From the NCBI GenBank assembly GCA_965197725.1, contig CBDANQ010000026.1:1-25287 (forward strand): a DNA stretch of 25,287 nucleotides, read 5' to 3'. Each line of letters starts with the position of its first letter. The stretch's first letter is position 1. The notes under the pieces are model-generated. The model was given only the letters and a program-made list of their open reading frames with translations. It did no database searches and was not told where the DNA came from. Both the position numbers and the translations under genes were made by a program. This document shows positions 22,342 through 25,287 of the stretch, piece by piece. This stretch comes from Longimicrobiales bacterium (GTDB lineage Bacteria; Gemmatimonadota; Gemmatimonadetes; Longimicrobiales; Gaopeijiaceae).

Positions 22342-24324
22342 ATGGCGGTAGCTAGCTTTCAGATACTCTCGCGCGAGCCGTACGACGGGGGCACCGACTT
22401 TGGTTCGGTGGGGGCGTACGAGCAGATCAACGCCGTCGTCGACTACGCAGTCGACCCGGCTCATCCGCAGAACAGCGGAATCGTCGATCTCGCCCAGGCG
22501 GAGCGCGGCGGGGACGGCCTTGTTCACTTTCGCGGAGATGCCGTCCTCCTGCAGCCAGCCGACCCGTTGCGCGGACAGCGCGCGCTCCTGCTCGAGGTAC
22601 CGAACCGGGGCCGACGGACAGCGACGGGCATGTTCAATCGCAGCGCCCGGACGTTCGAGCCCACTCCCGAGATCGACGCCGGGGATGGCTTCCTGTTCCG
22701 CGAAGGCTGGTCGGTCGGTTGGTGCGGTTGGCAGTGGGACGTTCCTCGCGACGCGACGCGCATGGGGCTGGACGTGCCGATCCTCGTGGACCCCGCAGGC
22801 GCTCCCGTTGCGGACTGGCTTCAACTCCGGCTTCAGCTCCACGCCCCATGCGCATCGGTCAACCTCACGGATCAGCACGTCGGCTCGCTCGGCGTGCACA
22901 AGCGGATCCCCGCGGCGGACATCGACGATCCCGAGGCGAAGCTGCTCGCCCGGGATCGCCTCTGGGACGAGCCCGTCGAGCTCGGGCAGGACCAGTGGCG
23001 CTTCGCGCGAGCGGATGGCGACACCGTAGTCGCGGATCCAGAACACGTCTGGCTCCGCGGCGGCTTCGAGCCGGGCCGCATCTACGACTTGGTCTACCGC
23101 ACTGGGCGTTGCCCGGTGGCGGGCGTCGGGCTCCTCGCGGTTCGCGACCTGGCGGCCTTCTTTTCGAGCGACGGCGACGCGAACCCCGCGGCAGGCCGCA
23201 TCGACCACGTCGTGGGAACCGGCCAGTCTCAGTGCGGCCGCTTCCTGCGCACGTTTCTGCACCTTGGGCTGAACCGCACGGAGGACGGTGGAAGAGCGTT
23301 CGATGGAATCCTCGCGCACATTGCGGGCGGGCGCCGCGGCGAGTTCAACCACCGCCTCGCACAGCCGTCCGTACAGCCAACGCCGAGCTTCGGACACCGC
23401 TTTCCGTTTGCGGACAACGCGCAGACCGACCCGCGGTCAGGGAACACCGACGGTCTGCTGGCCCGGCTGCAGGAAGCTGGCTCCCTGCCCAAGGTGATCT
23501 ACACGAACACCGCAGCGGAGTACTGGCGCGGCGACGCCTCGCTCGCGCACACCTCCGTCATCGACGGAGGCGATGTCGCGCTTCCCGACGAGACTCGGCA
23601 CTACCTGTTCGCCTCCACCCAGCACGGCCCGGGCTCCCTGCCGCTGATGGACCTCAGTCTCTTCGGCAGCCGCGGGGGCAACTGCTTCAACGTCGTCGAT
23701 TACACGCCGCTCATGCGAGCGGCGCTCACGAATCTGCTTCGCTGGGTCGCCGACGATACGGCGCCACCCCCGAGCGTGGTCCCTCGCGCGAGCGAGGGGA
23801 CTGCGACCAGACGCGAGCAGGTGTTGGATGCCGTCTCGAAGATCCCGGGCATGGCTCGGCCGGACGGCAAGGGCCTGTGCACTCTTCGACCGATGGACCT
23901 CGGCCCGGGCGAGGCGTCCGGGGTTGGCTCCTTCCCCGCCCGCCCCCTAGGCGACGAGTACCCGTGCCGGGTCTCCGCGGTCGACGCAGACGGAAACGAG
24001 CTCGGCGGTATCCGCATGCCCGACGTCACCGTTCCCGTCGCAACCCACACCGGCTGGAACCCGCGCCACGCGAGCACCGGCGCGTCGGACCAGCTCTTGG
24101 AGTACCTGGGGTCCACAATCCCGTTCGCCGTCGATCGACAGACCCGCGAGGCCAGGGGAGACCCGCGAGCGTCGCTCGAAGAGCGCTATCGCGACGCGCA
24201 CGACTATCTGGACCGAGTTCGCGAGGCGGCAAAGCAACTGGCGACACAGGGCTACCTGCTCGCTGCCGACGTCGAGCTATGCGTCCGGCTAGCCAAACAC
24301 CGCTACGCCGCCTGCACCAGCTGA
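22342..24324 (+). CDS. Large alpha/beta-hydrolase-domain protein (uncharacterised family)
   Basis: Motifs FGSVGAYE, VDP..P.N..IVDL, EVPNRG, GWQWD, GFEPGRIY.LVY, G.GL.AVRD, nucleophile elbow GQSQCGRFLR, N.RLAQP, EYWRG, TQH and DADGNE.GGIR.P. No signal peptide seen. Confidence 0.8.
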   Translation: MAVASFQILSREPYDGGTDFGSVGAYEQINAVVDYAVDPAHPQNSGIVDLAQAERGGDGLVHFRGDAVLLQPADPLRGQRALLLEVPNRGRRTATGMFNRSARTFEPTPEIDAGDGFLFREGWSVGWCGWQWDVPRDATRMGLDVPILVDPAGAPVADWLQLRLQLHAPCASVNLTDQHVGSLGVHKRIPAADIDDPEAKLLARDRLWDEPVELGQDQWRFARADGDTVVADPEHVWLRGGFEPGRIYDLVYRTGRCPVAGVGLLAVRDLAAFFSSDGDANPAAGRIDHVVGTGQSQCGRFLRTFLHLGLNRTEDGGRAFDGILAHIAGGRRGEFNHRLAQPSVQPTPSFGHRFPFADNAQTDPRSGNTDGLLARLQEAGSLPKVIYTNTAAEYWRGDASLAHTSVIDGGDVALPDETRHYLFASTQHGPGSLPLMDLSLFGSRGGNCFNVVDYTPLMRAALTNLLRWVADDTAPPPSVVPRASEGTATRREQVLDAVSKIPGMARPDGKGLCTLRPMDLGPGEASGVGSFPARPLGDEYPCRVSAVDADGNELGGIRMPDVTVPVATHTGWNPRHASTGASDQLLEYLGSTIPFAVDRQTREARGDPRASLEERYRDAHDYLDRVREAAKQLATQGYLLAADVELCVRLAKHRYAACTS

Positions 24325-24380
24325 GTATCTGACAGAAGCTGCCGTACTCCCATCCTGCTCGCGACACGCCGACGCGAGAA

Positions 24381-25181
24381 TCACGGGGCGGGTCCGTGCT
24401 CCCCGCCATCCACCAAACCGAGGCCACGCCAGGCGTCGAATCCGAGCAACTGTCGGAGACGGCCGGGCTGACGGGCCTGCTCGACCACATGGTCGGCGAG
24501 GGACACGAACCAGTTTTCCTGAGTACGAATGTAGGGCCGCGTGTAGTACGCGAACACACCGGCTCGGGTCTCGTCCGGGGTGCAGTTGCACCCAGTGCGG
24601 TGCCACAGGCGACCGTCCATCACCGCGAGCGTGCCCGCCGGTGCGACGAGCGGCAGCGTCGCAGGCGGCGGTCCCTCGTGGTCGGTGGGGCCGTGGTCGA
24701 GGCGGTGCGACCCCGGAACGTATCGAGTGGCGCCGTTGTCAGCGGTGAAGTCGTCGAGCAACCACATGGCGTTGGCCGCCACGGGGTCGGCTGGGTAGGG
24801 CGTGGGGAAGTAGCCCTGGTCGCAGTGCATCCGCATCTCGCCACCACCTGGCTCGGTGATATTCGCACTGAGGTTCGAGAGGAGAATGGCCCGTCCGAGC
24901 AGCGCTTCGACGAGTTCGAGCGCCGTCGGGTCGATGCTCAGATCGACGAACTCCTGGCCGTGGTTCAAAAGCGTCCAGATCCGCTGGTTCGTGAGATCGG
25001 CGTCGAGCCGGTACCCGCGGCTATTGGGCGGCGCAGCGAGGGCGACCTCGTACAGGCGCGCTCGGGTACGGTCCAAGCGGCCGGGCTCCAGGGCGCGCGC
25101 CACGAGGCACAGCCCGTGGTCGGCCAAATCGCGGCGCGCCGCGTCGAGATCCCCGGTGAGTTGCGGGCCCCCTGAACCCAT
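24381..25181 (-). CDS. Phytanoyl-CoA dioxygenase (PhyH) family Fe(II)/2-oxoglutarate oxygenase
   Basis: Motifs DL..HG..LV, QRIW.LLN, MHCDQ (HxD), N.MWLLDDFT..NGAT..VPGSH, AGT...MDGRLWH and R.QEN. Confidence 0.93.
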   Translation of the reverse strand: MGSGGPQLTGDLDAARRDLADHGLCLVARALEPGRLDRTRARLYEVALAAPPNSRGYRLDADLTNQRIWTLLNHGQEFVDLSIDPTALELVEALLGRAILLSNLSANITEPGGGEMRMHCDQGYFPTPYPADPVAANAMWLLDDFTADNGATRYVPGSHRLDHGPTDHEGPPPATLPLVAPAGTLAVMDGRLWHRTGCNCTPDETRAGVFAYYTRPYIRTQENWFVSLADHVVEQARQPGRLRQLLGFDAWRGLGLVDGGEHGPAP

Positions 25182-25186
25182 CAGCT

Positions 25187-25287
25187 CTAGCCAGTCTCGC
25201 GCAACGCGCTCGTCGCAGCAGGATCCGCCGCCGACTGCGCGGAGGGACCGGTTTCGCGAAGAGTGGAGAAGAGCAGGACCGCGAGCA
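25187..25287 (-). CDS. C-terminus (partial) of an upstream gene, possibly a membrane transporter
   Basis: Open frame from the window edge reads LAVLLFSTLRETGPSAQSAADPAATSALRETG*. A hydrophobic stretch ending in LRET resembles MFS C-termini. The stop is 5 nt before the PhyH ATG. Confidence 0.5.
   Translation of the reverse strand, partial: LAVLLFSTLRETGPSAQSAADPAATSALRETG

Noticed and set aside
25187..25265. LRETG peptide occurring twice in the partial C-terminus
   Set aside because: The two copies use mostly different codons, so this is not a recent DNA duplication and is probably coincidence.
1..25287. tRNA, rRNA, CRISPR arrays, IS elements and long repeats
   Set aside because: None seen. 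All intergenic spacers are under about 200 bp and lack such patterns on visual inspection.

Overview
High-GC bacterial DNA, densely coding, with about 22 intact genes, two edge-truncated genes and at least one pseudogene. I saw no RNA genes, mobile elements, CRISPR arrays or transcriptional regulators. The window is a patchwork of accessory catabolic enzymes: YdjC deacetylase, Ddn-like F420 reductase, tannase/feruloyl esterase, mu-crystallin/OCD, SRPBCC, dihydropyrimidinase, a MaoC pair, a GGT-like Ntn hydrolase, two LLM oxidoreductases, an SDR, a PVA-dehydrogenase-like quinohemoprotein, an MFS transporter, an alpha/beta hydrolase and PhyH dioxygenases. The best candidate for an undescribed system is a translationally coupled operon (13914-18978, minus strand) joining a 2,2-dialkylglycine decarboxylase (DgdA) homologue to an ATP-dependent hydantoinase/oxoprolinase A+B pair. 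This suggests catabolism of alpha,alpha-disubstituted amino acids or their lactams/hydantoins. Other oddities are a GGT homologue with Ser at the catalytic Thr position, a PQQ-family enzyme with apparently altered cofactor contacts, a membrane-anchored C2-like protein and gene remnants starting right at neighbours' stop codons. All family calls come from motif recognition by eye; no searches were run.
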